DNA of 64,000 nt from Trichoplax adhaerens. Lineage: Eukaryota > Animalia > Placozoa. Below the pieces are notes generated by a model. It did no database searches and had not been told where the DNA came from. It saw nothing but the letters and a program-made list of their open reading frames with translations. The translations under genes were made by a program, and so were the position numbers. This document shows positions 1-12,050 of this stretch, piece after piece. Position 1 is the stretch's first letter, and the number at the start of each line of letters is the position of its first letter. The stretch is taken from positions 2,034,106-2,098,105 of the forward strand of contig NW_002060950.1 in NCBI RefSeq assembly GCF_000150275.1. The letters run 5' to 3'.

Positions 1-643
1 TAGTAAAAGAGCCCATTGATGCAATAAAGTGAAGTTAAGCAAGAAATTCAAGTTTTACCATATCATTTTGGAGACATTGATCAAGGCCACGAGTGAAAAT
101 AAATAAAATAAAATTATTCAATACTACACGTATATCAATCACTCAGCATGGATGACGATTTCACCACGTCTATGTTAGGGTTACTCATATACTCCCAACA
201 ATCCACCATAAGCAGAATTGCGTCTTGGTTTGCAGTGTTTTATTTTTATTGATTACTCGTATATTGAGCGAACTGTAGACTTATCGACTAAGTAAGAACT
301 GCAATGGAATGTATGTGACATGTGTCATGCACTCTTATCCCGTCTCCATTTTTCTCTGAGGCAATAGTGATTGACCATAGACGAAATCAAGCTTACCATG
401 CAAATTACGGTACATTAGTCAGAGTATCTCCGCAGCTTCTTTGGGCTCAATTTTTAGAGTCGTTATTTAGAAATACTGAGACTAAAAAGCACCATATCCA
501 AGCTATCAGATATGGCCGACGACCCGCAGTTTTAACTTGCTGTGAGTACATAAGCCAAGAGCTTAACTGCATTAATTTTTAACATCAGCAGCTAAAGTGA
601 TACGAATATCAACCATTAATTATTATTATTTTCCTATTTTCTA

Positions 644-1337
644 TCTTATTGATATCAACGATATACTTTCAGTTGGCAAGGCTTTTGTAAGTACTTACTG
701 TCTATTTCTGTTTTTAGGTTATTAATACTGTAGCTAGTTGGAAGATACTTTATAGCATAGCCATTGGTACAAGTGTTGAGTTGTTATTATTTTCTATCTT
801 ATTGATATCAGCGATATACTTTCAGTTGGTACGGCTTTTGTAAGTACTTACGGGCTATTTCTGTTTTTAGGTTATTAATACTGTAGGTATTTGGAAGATA
901 CTTTATAGCATAGTCATTGGTACAAGTGTTGTCTTATTGATATCAACAATATACTTTCAGTTGGTACGGCTTTTGTAAGTACTTACGGGCTATTTCTGTT
1001 TTTAGGTTATTAATACTGTATCTAGTTAGAAGATACTTTATAGCATAGCCATTGGTACAAGTGTTGTCTTATTGATATCAACAATAAAATATACTTTCAG
1101 TTGGTACGGCTTTTGTAAGTACTTACGGGCTATTTCTGTTTTAGGTTATTAATACTGTATCTAGTTAGAAGATACTATATAGCATAGCCATTGGTACAAG
1201 TGTTGTCTTATTGATATCAACAATATATTTTCAGTTGGTACGGCTTTTGTAAGTACTTACGGGCTATTTCTGTTTTTAGGTTATTAATACTGTAGGTAGT
1301 TGGAAGATACTTTATAGCATAGCCATTGGCACAAGTA
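644..1337. repeat. Tandem repeat, 5 copies of a ~135-bp unit
   Basis: The unit TCTTATTGATATCAAC...TTTCAGTTGGTACGGCTTTTGTAAGTACTTAC...GCCATTGGTACAAGTGTTG restarts at 644, 797, 932, 1067 and 1206, with only a few substitutions between copies. Confidence 0.95.
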
Positions 1338-2226
1338 TGGAGTTGATTAACACTCTTGCATGCTTACATAGTACTGCTCCAGCTTATGGAGTACATCATT
1401 CTCAGAGCGAGATTAGCCATGACAGCGGTATACTATAACAGAGTATTGGCCATTAATAAAATAGAATGGTAAAATCCTACTAGAAGGCATCGTATTTACA
1501 CCGTACTCCTGCGGTTGCTGGTCTAAATAGCCATTCTACAGGTACATCAATTAATTAATTATATTGCAATGAGGATTTTCATATCTGGATCGGCTACTCG
1601 AATTCATAGTAAAGAAAGTAAAATTCGATTTCAATTCGCTTGATTTTCTTTAAATTTTTATCTTTTTTTAGGTTCAAATCCTCATCCATTGAACTCTATT
1701 CTATGCCATTATTCGATTTTATACTCGATATTTGTGATTGTTTGCTATAGAAGCTTTGATGGAAGGCATTTTATCCTTCTACCTTATGATCTGAGACATG
1801 GCGCTGGATGAAAAGTCCAGGCGGCTGTAATAATACACCCTTGATGACCATACATGACCATCAAACTGTATACTGTACTTGTATCATGATAGGGATGAAA
1901 TCGCTGCAGTATGGCGCTTTCACTTCCTGCAGTATTGAGGTCGAAGACGCAATCACGTCACTGAGCGTTGAGTCATGACTTATTCTACTGTACAATACTG
2001 TATTAACGTTCAGTCTTGCGATCACCCTTATACTGTAGGGACACCTATCAGCCCCAAGCAAGGACTGCTCGACCCATATTCACTCACTGCTAAAAGATCC
2101 TTTTTTTATAGAACTTTCATAATCATCCATTTACTGCCATCAAACTCGCAACATTAATTAGTCTTCTCCATCCAATATGGCGAGCAATGCGGGCAGACAG
2201 AGTGTTGTTCAAGGATAGCCCCTCGA

Positions 2227-2336
2227 CTGTACAGTGTACAGTGTACAGTACCATCGACTTGGGGGGGGCATACTGTACTGTATTTAGCATACTGTACAGT
2301 ACTGTACTGTACCGTACAGTACAGTGTACAGTACAA
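2227..2336. repeat. TACAG/CTGTA pentamer array upstream of NPM
   Basis: Runs of TGTACAG, TACTG and TACAG in both orientations, ending ~165 bp before the NPM ATG. Confidence 0.85.
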
Positions 2337-2429
2337 GCGTCTTGAGCGGCTGGTATGGACTGTAGTGGTACTGGAATGCAGGCCTAGATCATCCTTAAAA
2401 GCTCACCGACTGAGCAAACGCGTTCAATC

Positions 2430-2435
2430 CACGTG
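2430..2435. promoter_or_regulatory. Canonical E-box CACGTG ~70 bp upstream of the NPM start codon
   Basis: CACGTG at 2430-2435 in a GC-enriched proximal region, with ACGCGT at 2418. Function is inferred. Confidence 0.4.
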
Positions 2436-2501
2436 TGGAGTAATTGCAAGGGAAAACTGCAAAGTATTTCGACAATCGGTTGGACTAATTTCAACGCCAA
2501 G

Positions 2502-5500
2502 ATGATGCGCAAGGAAGAATTTTGGGGTCAGTATTGCATTACAAGTAATGACTACGTTAGCCTAGACAGTAAATGAATGTCTTGATTGGCCATGGATACT
2601 TGTATATGGGTGTAGAGTCAATGAGGAAATGTCATCATTAGCGATTTGATCATAAGGCCAGGTTGAGTTGTTCCTTTCTAGATCTAGAAGGGTATAAAAT
2701 GGGTGGCCTTGTCATGCATAATGGCACACTACTTTTGCAGGATTTTCAACTGTCGCTTTCTGTAGGAAAGGGAACACTTGATCAATTCGTTATCCCTTGC
2801 TAATACTGTATGCAAGTTGAACTGGTACACTTTATGCTGCTATGTTGGCCACAATATCGTACACTCCAGGTTATCTTCCATTTGACCTCAACACGTAGCG
2901 CACCGGTTTGCATGCCAGCTCATGCCTGCAGATGGCCTAGGCTTTCTCTCGATCACTCCATGCCATGTCTACCTGCTAGTAGTATTGAAATTTTCCTTGC
3001 ATTGACAATGCAGTGGAAGTCGTTATCGATAGCTAGCTAGCCAGCCTTTAACTTTCTTATGCATGATGTACTCATTAACCGTACTTACAGGCGTGAATGA
3101 GAAACTACCTGTGTAGAAATGAATCGCAACCACCAATCAATTTATCAATCTGATTTTGCATAAATGGTCCTATGGCGAGGCTTATTAATCATCAGTCTAC
3201 TCATGTCCAGTATTAGGCAGTTTAATAGATTTCAATTCATATTCAGGATTGGATGATGGGCTGTATTCCTCCTTTAGAGTTAGGCTATATTTTAAAAATA
3301 GAAATAGCGCTGCAGATCAACTGTAACAAGTTAGCTAAATGAATGTCCTTTTGATAGACCATGGAGGCTATGTCCTTGATGATCGACTTTACCGCCTTTC
3401 TTTCGTATATTCTCTATTACAGCTAAAGTACTGTACTGTATAATGTATACGTGCGAGTAGCCTATTCATATACTACTATCAGCATGACGTAATCAATTGC
3501 ATACAAATTAGGCATCCGTGAGATCGGAGGTAAACTAATGACTGCATAGTATCATCACTATTGATGTAGCCAAGGAATGCTGTATTGGCCAAGCTCTCGA
3601 AAATACCTACTCTTGCAATGAAACTGTAAACAACCTACGATATTTCATGATATAATGATATTAATCTATAAGTTAGCCTTGATACAAGAATAGAAGCGTC
3701 TACTGCCAACCTCGTCAATGCATTAAAATAGCATTCGCGTATGATCTCATTCTAATGTAAATATACTGCTTAAATTCATAAATTTGAAAGCAAGATACAG
3801 TAGCCTTACAAATGAATAAACCAATCATCTACATGTACGTCTTCTACTGTACTGTTCTGCTAATGTCAAATGTTCATGACGTGTGAACCCAGTCGATTTT
3901 GAAATTCTTGAATCGGTTGGCTGGCTGATGATTTAATCCTTTTTTTATGTTGTAGCTGTCAAACTAAGCAAGGAAAAGCCCAGCATTGTTTGGAAACTCG
4001 ATGAGGAAGATGATTCAGAATTGGATATTGTAACTACGTTGTTGATTAAGCAGGTAAGCAAAGAGTAGTCGTGCTGAACTATCCATAATCAAAAGTGTTT
4101 TGAGAATTATCACAATTTATGTAGCTTGGTACTAACGTATACCTATAACTCGATTTTGAAATCGTACATATTCTATACTGAGTGAAAGTAACATTTGACA
4201 GTTGTGTTGACCACAACATGATATATAGCAATGTTGACAACCAATTGGAACTGAAGATAATTGAATGATTAACCTAGATAATATCTTAATGATAGGCTTG
4301 TCTAGGGGCTTCCGCAAAAAAAGACGAAGTAAATGTTGTAGAAGTTTGCACCGTTGACTATAGTGGTGAAGAAGTTCAGTGTCCAATCGTTAATTTAACG
4401 TGCAAAGGATCATCTGTAAGAATTCTACGTTTATTGAAAGCTAACAATTTTTATTACTCTGTCTACAGCATCTGGTATCTTCATTTTCTCTTTATAGGCA
4501 TGCAGTACAGTGAATGCAACCCTCCATTCTCCCGTTGAATTAAAATTAACCGCTGGTAATATTGTCAATTAATTAAATATTTCTTTTGTCTCTTCTTGAT
4601 TATCCTTAAAATCATCCATAATCAAGTACTTTAAAATTGAACAATTGTGATGACGCATAGGTAGTGGACCGGTTCATTTATCTGGTTGTCTTGAAGAAGG
4701 TATGCGTATAATTTTTGTTATGAAACTAGCTTCCAATCTTTATTTACATGTGAAATGAATTTATCAACAGTTTTAGTTGATATGTCTGATGATGAAGATG
4801 AAGACGAAGATGCCGATGAAGGTAAGTAGTATGATTATTTGCCAACTATAAACAACGTAAATATTTACATGTATACATTACTTGAACTTGTAATTATAAT
4901 AATTTATATCTCGCAAACTATCAGATTCCGAAATTAAGACTGCATTACAGGTTAGTAGGATATCTCTACTATCAGCTAATTCTACAATATCACGTAATAC
5001 AAATGTTGTATTTACAATCTCAGAAACGAGGAGCATTAGATGAAGGAAACGGGCCGGTTGCAAAAGTAAGCTCTTTATGTTATACAGTTTGAGCATAAGA
5101 TTGTCAAGATAACGTATTTCGCATTGTATTTTTGTAGAGAAAAAAGCCGGAAGTAGCGCTAGGTAGCAATTTAAGATTTTCAATAGTCTCTCAAATTTTG
5201 AAATGGTCAGAGCAATATTCATGTAGTAGATGACGAAGAAGACGGAATGACGATGACGATGACGATGATGACTTTATTGTTGATGAAGCTGACGAAAATG
5301 ATGACGATGAAGACTTAGATGATGAAGATGAAGAAGAGGAAGATGAAGAAGATGATGATGATGATGATGAAGACGATGACGATGAAGATGATGAAGAAGA
5401 AATTACGAAGGCTCTAACGAAACTCCAGGTGAAATAAGTTTAAGAATATGGTTCTCTCTAATATACAAATTACGTACTACCTAGTTAATGTTGCAATAAT

Positions 5501-6528
5501 TGTTGTAATTATTTGATTAGTCTACAGTGGTGATATGCTTTAAATTGTTGAGTAGCTTTTACCGTATGTAGAATACTAAGTTAATATTTTTTCTGCTATG
5601 AATTTACAATAATTAGAAGAATAAACAAACGCCTGTAAAGGAGACATCTAAGGTTGGTATACGATTATCATGAGATTAACTAGATTACTGTAGCTCTCGC
5701 AGTCCAGCCAATTAATTTACTATCTTTGTTGTTTTATCATTATTGCAGAAGAATGATACGAAGTCAACACCGTCAAAAACCCCAGCCAAGGTTTTCATTT
5801 AGTGCTATATACAACACTGTTAATTAATGTATTTATCTCTATCTACTAAAGTTGAATTGCTTTGTAAGTGGATTGGTTGTAACTAGTAATTGATTAGTTC
5901 ATTTAGCAATGTAATTTACCCGTATTTATGATGAGTTGCGTTGATAACTGACGCAAATTAGTTTTATTAAATGATATGTTGTAATTACTTTAGTCGTTAT
6001 TTTTACATGCTGCCCTTGAATATGGTTTAATTAGCAAATTTGATATTAAAAGTAAACTTATTCGTCTTTTATCTGGCTATAACTAAATTATAATCTTTAG
6101 AGTTCTGAACCCATGAATGTTGATGAAATCAAAAAGAAGCTAGGAAAGGTGAGCCTGCTTTAAAGTAAAACTTATAATTTTAAGGCTACTAAGTACTTTG
6201 GACTGCCCTAACTAGATTTACTGTTGTGTTACCCCCCCCCGTCCGCTGATTTTTAAATAATTTTCGTCAATATTTTATTTTTAGTCGCCAAACTTACCAA
6301 AGAAACCCGAAAAATTTCAGAATTTCATGAAACACAACTTTAATGTTACTTCAGAAGAGGTAATTAATTTTTTTACCAAGTTATCAGCCTCTTACGTCTG
6401 ACCATAAGTTTTATTTACTATCAATATGATATACTATTATTATCGAAAGTTTACGCTTTTGGCTTATTTAATTTCAGGTCATTGGTAACTTATGGCAATG
6501 GGTATCAAAACAAGCGTCTAAAAAGTAG
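2502..6528 (+). CDS. NPM1: Nucleophosmin/nucleoplasmin-family histone chaperone with NPM1-type C-terminal domain (multi-exon)
   Basis: Exon 1 (2502-2526) MMRKEEFW. Exons from 3956 encode the nucleoplasmin core: AVKLSKEKPSIVWKLDEEDD...LLIKQ|ACLGASAKKDEVNVVEV...CPIVNL...|...PVELKLTAG|SGPVHLSG. These are followed by acidic tracts, a bipartite NLS (KRGALDEGNGPVAK|RKKP) and the C-terminal LPKKPEKFQNFMKHNFNVTSEE|VIGNLWQWVSKQASKK*. All introns are GT-AG. One apparent frameshift lies near 5244. Confidence 0.9.
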
Positions 6529-6764
6529 ATTCTGTTTTTCTTAACTTAATCATAATAACTTGTATGCTTGTATAAAGTAATGAGTCCAAAATCTATCATA
6601 ACTTGGAATTGATGATTTTTGATTAGAGTTAATAGAAATTTTGCGATATTTTACATGCTTGTTATGTTAATGGGGTTATTCTTGCATAGTTATGATCGTA
6701 ATAAAATCCGAATCTATCTTAGCATAACAAGTTTGTCTACGAGTTAATAATGTCGCTTTTAAAA

Positions 6765-9700
6765 TTATCCTATCACTTCCGTTTCTTTTTGGAGCCATTT
6801 CAATGCATCCAGCCTCCCCCGTTGTATTAAAAGATCGCCGACTTTTTCTCTACACAGTTGATGGTAGTCATTTATCCAGGCAACCTAAATTGAAAATGAA
6901 GATTCAAATATTACTAGATGCAATAGTAAAATTACAGAGTTTCGATTTTAGTATACTTCTTCTTCGGTTAGTAACTCCGGAGATAACAACTTCTTCTGAA
7001 TCGGCACCTATATGAACAAAAAATGAAAACAACAAGAGTTGGATTAATTCGTGGTGAACATCCACCTACTTAAAAGATATAGTAGTAGCCTAGTAAATCC
7101 TAACCAGTGTAATGGGTTCGAATGTTAAGAAGCCTATGCCACCAAAGTTATGCTATTTAGGTATAAAAAATTCAAACCTGAACTCACAGACACTATTATA
7201 ATTTTGTACTTATAATTAGTGATTACATGATATTATGGCAAACGTACTTTCGTTTCCACAGATTTAACGATTACAACATTTTCTATCCTTATACCAAAAG
7301 ATCCGTCTTCGTAGTATCCAGGCTCTACAAAATAGACACGAATTATATTCTCTTAAGATAGTTTCATGTTAGCAAGAATGTATGACATAACTACTGTATC
7401 TTACCATCGGTTACAGTCATATCAGCCATTAAAGGAACGTCGTACTTTCTTGGTCTTGATCCAATTCCATGTGGACCTGCAATTAGAAAAATACCATAGA
7501 ATTTACAATTTCGTATCAAAGGCCATGATATATGACAGCCGTCAGATTAACCTTCGTGAACCATCAAGAATGCACCGACTCCGTGTCCGGTTCCATGTCT
7601 ATAATCGAGACCGACATCCCACAGAGGCTTACGAGCTAGCATGTCTAAGACGTGGCCTGTATAAACAATACATCATAAATACCATTGCCAGAACAACAAA
7701 TTATTATAATCGTTGGAAAAAGTTCAAGGCCTACCGTTGGTACCATTAGGAAATATTGCTTTACAGAGATTTATATGCCCCTTAAGAACCCTAGTAAAGC
7801 ATTCCTATATATTATCGGAAGTTAATTCCGCATTTAGATTCTTACGAATAGGACCGCACCAGATGTAGGAAACATATGCTAAAATAAATCTGTCTTAGTG
7901 TCATAGAATGCCTTAAGCAAAATTTTACTTTTTCATGCTCCGTTGGATTCCCTAGATGAATAGTTCTGGTGACATCAGTGGTGCCATCTCTGTAATTTAT
8001 TTTTAAGATCAAACAGTACACTACTATAGTGATGAAACTCTTACAATAGATAGATAACTAAAATTACCTAAACTGAGCACCGGAATCGCATAAATACAAA
8101 TCTGTTTCCGTTATTTCTCGATTTGATGCCTCCGTAGGGCTATATATGGAAAAAATTTCAATACAGTTGTAGTTACGTAACAGATTTGATTGAAAGACCA
8201 AAACAAAATGGTTAAATAATTCCCACCAATAGTGAATAATAGCCCCATGTTCTCCGGATGATGAAATAGTTGGAAAACTTAAGCTAATATAGTCATCTTG
8301 TTGCCTATCAATATACGTGATTTGTGGGAAACAAAAATAAAGATGTTGTCAATGATTTAATTTTCGCAGAACTTCTACATAAAATTTACTAACTTTCGAA
8401 AGTCTTCAAGCACATCGGCTGCTCCAATTTCTGTAACCGGATTTATTTTAATCTAGAAATCGGTAAAAATAATGGCGGTATCTTAGCCATTAAACTAAGA
8501 CAATTGGCAAAACATAAATTTAAGAACCTCTTTTTCCAACCAAGCATAAAATTCACACAGAGCTGCCGCATCCCGGATCTAAAACATCAAGTAATGATCT
8601 AACTACAGTAATGCAATAATTTGTATGTGATACATAGTAGTCAAAGAGCGTCATTACGTGAGCATTCCTAAGTCCATCTAGTTCCGTAGTATTTTTTAGG
8701 GCCTTCATCAAGGCAATTGGCGACGGTTTTAAGTATCGCTTTTCCTAGATATTTAATAGTAAACAATAAGGAATTGTAGAAACGATAAAAGATGAATAGG
8801 AAGTAATACATCCATTTCATTACGATAATACCTTAGGAACAACGTTAACCAGGGCATGACTGCTCAACGGACTAATCTAAATTTAGCATGAATCGTTCAA
8901 ATATTAGCGATAATACTCTGAAAGGGCAATACTGTAACTATCGTTGAAAAGAGTTCAATACTAACTGACCCATATTTGACCATGGTTACTGCTGGAAATA
9001 TCCTCAATAACTTCGAGAACATTTTCATAAGGCTCGAACTTCAATTCTGATTCGGTCTCCAGTTTTAAATGATTAAAAATTTCTGATGTAATTCTCTCCA
9101 GTGAGGTAAAAACGCTATAAATAATGGTTATATTCTAATTATCATTTTATTATATTTAAGCTTACACTGTTTAAACGGCAATATATAAGTAAATTGGTAC
9201 GGGTATAAATGCAGTACTTACTATAAACAGTTAGCAGTTACAATCGCATAAGCAAAGAAGACAGGATTATATTCAATATCGGCGCCTCTAATATTCAAAA
9301 GCCCTATTCAGATAAAAGTTTGATACTTCAGGAGATTGCAGATTGTATGGTAATATGTCGTCTACATATCATGGCCTCTACATTACTAACGTACAAGCAA
9401 CTTCATCAAGTGCCGAGATGACCAACGCATCACAATTAGCAGTCGACATTTTATCCCTGATGTCCTTTAGTTTGTCTCCAACACTCTTGCCTAGATATTA
9501 ATGCATTGATTACGCTATACCAAAGTGTAATAATAATGGCTTTCAAGGAAAGAGTTAGAAAGAGAGGATATACGCATATATTACCGCTATATTTTAGAGG
9601 GAGTATCATTAAAGGCGATAACGGTACTTCAGATCGATCATAAGAGGTCCATACTAGATCTACTAAATTATCTTGAACAGCGACTAGGGACAATCCAGCA

Positions 9701-11381
9701 TCGCTTAATTTCTAAACATAAAATCAAAAGTTAAATATATTCAATAACTTTAACGCTATACACAGCACAATTTTCGTGTAGCATTTAAGTATGACGTTTA
9801 TTACCTGTGAATAGCTCTTCCATAATTCTGTAACCATTGAAGGCAATTAGAGGTGCAAAAATAGCGGACAGAAAATAAATAAATTATTTATTCACGTTTT
9901 TCTATACAAATAATGAAAATTTTTAGAAAATTTAGCATTGTTTCATTAATATTCCTGTTAACCATGTGTAAATAAGAAGGGATCTACGCCAACGTATGAC
10001 TCTTTGGGAAGAATCTACAATTAATGATAATGCGGATTGAATCAGTAATAGAGTATTAATAACTATCGAGATAGTACCACTACTGATATCTATCGGCTAT
10101 TTTCGGATATTTAATAAAGTTAAGCAATATACGGCAATTTATCATTTTCACTACACAATGATGGCATAATATCCACGTTACTTCAAATGCATAAAGCGGG
10201 AACTATGCACTTCATAGCGGAATACGATATCATCATAGCATACGTATAGTATGTATTTAGACTAACAATAAATAAATTACTTGAATAAGCCAGTCCTCCA
10301 TTGATAAGGTATCTGCTAGTCCTAGATTTTACCAGAAATTAATATGATGATAACGTTAAATTTTATCTTACCAATAATAAAACCAGACTGCAACAGGCCA
10401 ATTTTGAGGAAATTTTTTTGCATAGTATCATAGTTAGGCATAATAACGAATGTGGTTATCTAGTGCTTGGCTTAGCCTATGTTAAGGGTTAAAACAAAAG
10501 ACCTTATACCTTGTTTCATTAAGGTCCAGTTATCGTCCAACTGCTCAGTAGCTTGCAGATAGTATCTACCGTCAGTCCATAATGCAGCTTTATCGCGAGT
10601 GACAATGGCATTACCTGTAAATATAGCAGAGCTGTCAGCTTGTTAAACAGATAAACAAGGCCAATTCAGTGCCTCATAATTCAAAGCAATTTACAATATT
10701 AATGAATTAACTATCATCTGTAATATCTAATTTTACCAAAAGAACCGGTAAATCCAGATATAAATTCACGTCTCTTATCCCTATTAGCTAAGTATTCACT
10801 CTGCAAACAAATAATTGTTGATAAAAGATATTAGGATTCGTAGTAAAAGTATACCATCATCAACAATACATGTCATTTCACACCGTTATGCCGGTACAAA
10901 TTCACAGTCATTACAATCCTATATTGCAGTTGGACACTGGTAGCAGCTGTAAGGGTTTTCGATTTATTGATAACATTGTGTACAATTAAGTTATACGGCT
11001 GTATCATTACAAATCAATCAACTATCAGTAACGTAGGAAAGACTGGACGCAGTTTCTAATCCTACTACTTTATACATTGACGCATGTGAGCCATGCAGAT
11101 TCGATAATACGCCTTTAGGTACATTAGGGTTTATCACTATAATGCAGTGTAGCGTACTATAACTAGAATCGGATAAAAAATAAGAGCAGATAAGATTTCA
11201 TCTTATCTTATCCTTAATTAATGAATGTTGATGTTTATGATCATCATTGTGATTACGGTATTACCTGATGGGCATCATTAGTTGGTATAATATAAGCTTG
11301 TAGTGGATGAGGAACATGCTTCATATTGGCCATGAACGATCGCAACGTTCGCAGTAACTGACCATTTTTAGTATTATTCAT
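6765..11381 (-). CDS. XPNPEP1: Xaa-Pro aminopeptidase 1 (cytosolic aminopeptidase P), multi-exon
   Basis: N-terminus [39 protein letters not shown]|[20 protein letters not shown]. Internal motifs include [42 protein letters not shown] and [18 protein letters not shown]-terminus [16 protein letters not shown]...[12 protein letters not shown]. No signal peptide is visible, favouring XPNPEP1 over XPNPEP2. Confidence 0.95.
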
Positions 11382-11542
11382 ATTGCAAATTTTAAGTGCT
11401 TTAATATACCTTTCCAGTCCAGTGGCTGCAATCACCTGCTTAGTTTAGCTTATAAAATAGGCAACCTCAACGAAGAGTAGGTAGCAGGATCATAAGGGCC
11501 CCAAATTCATCGACGGGGCTTGAATCATTTGATGTGACGCCG

Positions 11543-12050
11543 TGTACAGTGTACAGTACAGTACCATACAGTAAGTTACAGTGCAGTGTTCGATTTTACT
11601 GTACTGTACACTGTACAGTTTCATAACATTTTGTCACTTTCGGGCCATATTTTTCTTTAAAAATACAGTAAAGCTATAATAGAATGATATATGAGGTTGA
11701 TGGAGAGATTCTGAAATATCTGAATCTGGTAAAGTTAGAAAGTTAAACTTGCTCTTAAGTCCATAAATGATGAAAGTATCACTGACCGTTATATCCCCAT
11801 TTGTGAATGATCTACAGTACTGTACTGTACATAACATACTGTACACTGTACACTGTGCAGTACAGTACAGTACAGTATTACTGAACTGTACTGTACTGTA
11901 CTGTACTGTAGAGTTAATACTGTACTGTACAGTACAGTACAACATGCAGTACAGTACTGTACAGTACTACAGTACTTAAGTGTACTGTACCCTGTACTGT
12001 ACTGTTCTACTATACTGTACAGTACTGTTCTTAAGTGTACTGTACTGTAT
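11543..12050. repeat. TACAG/CTGTA pentamer arrays upstream of XPNPEP1 (blocks 11543-11617 and ~11812-12050)
   Basis: Dense TACTG/TACAG runs in both orientations. The first block contains a perfect 21-bp inverted repeat. Confidence 0.9.

Noticed and set aside
644-1337. Possible CRISPR-like array
   Set aside because: Whole units are repeated with no unique spacers, the context is eukaryotic, and no cas genes are present.
5926-6020. ATGATGA...CTGA in an NPM intron as a C/D box snoRNA
   Set aside because: The boxes are only ~13 nt apart, there is no convincing terminal D box or stem, and I could not identify rRNA complementarity.
7366-7749. 127-aa + strand ORF (and similar ORFs at 33481-33786, 37249-37485 and 39665-39892)
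   Set aside because: Antisense shadows of XPNPEP1, IMMT or CCDC142 exons.
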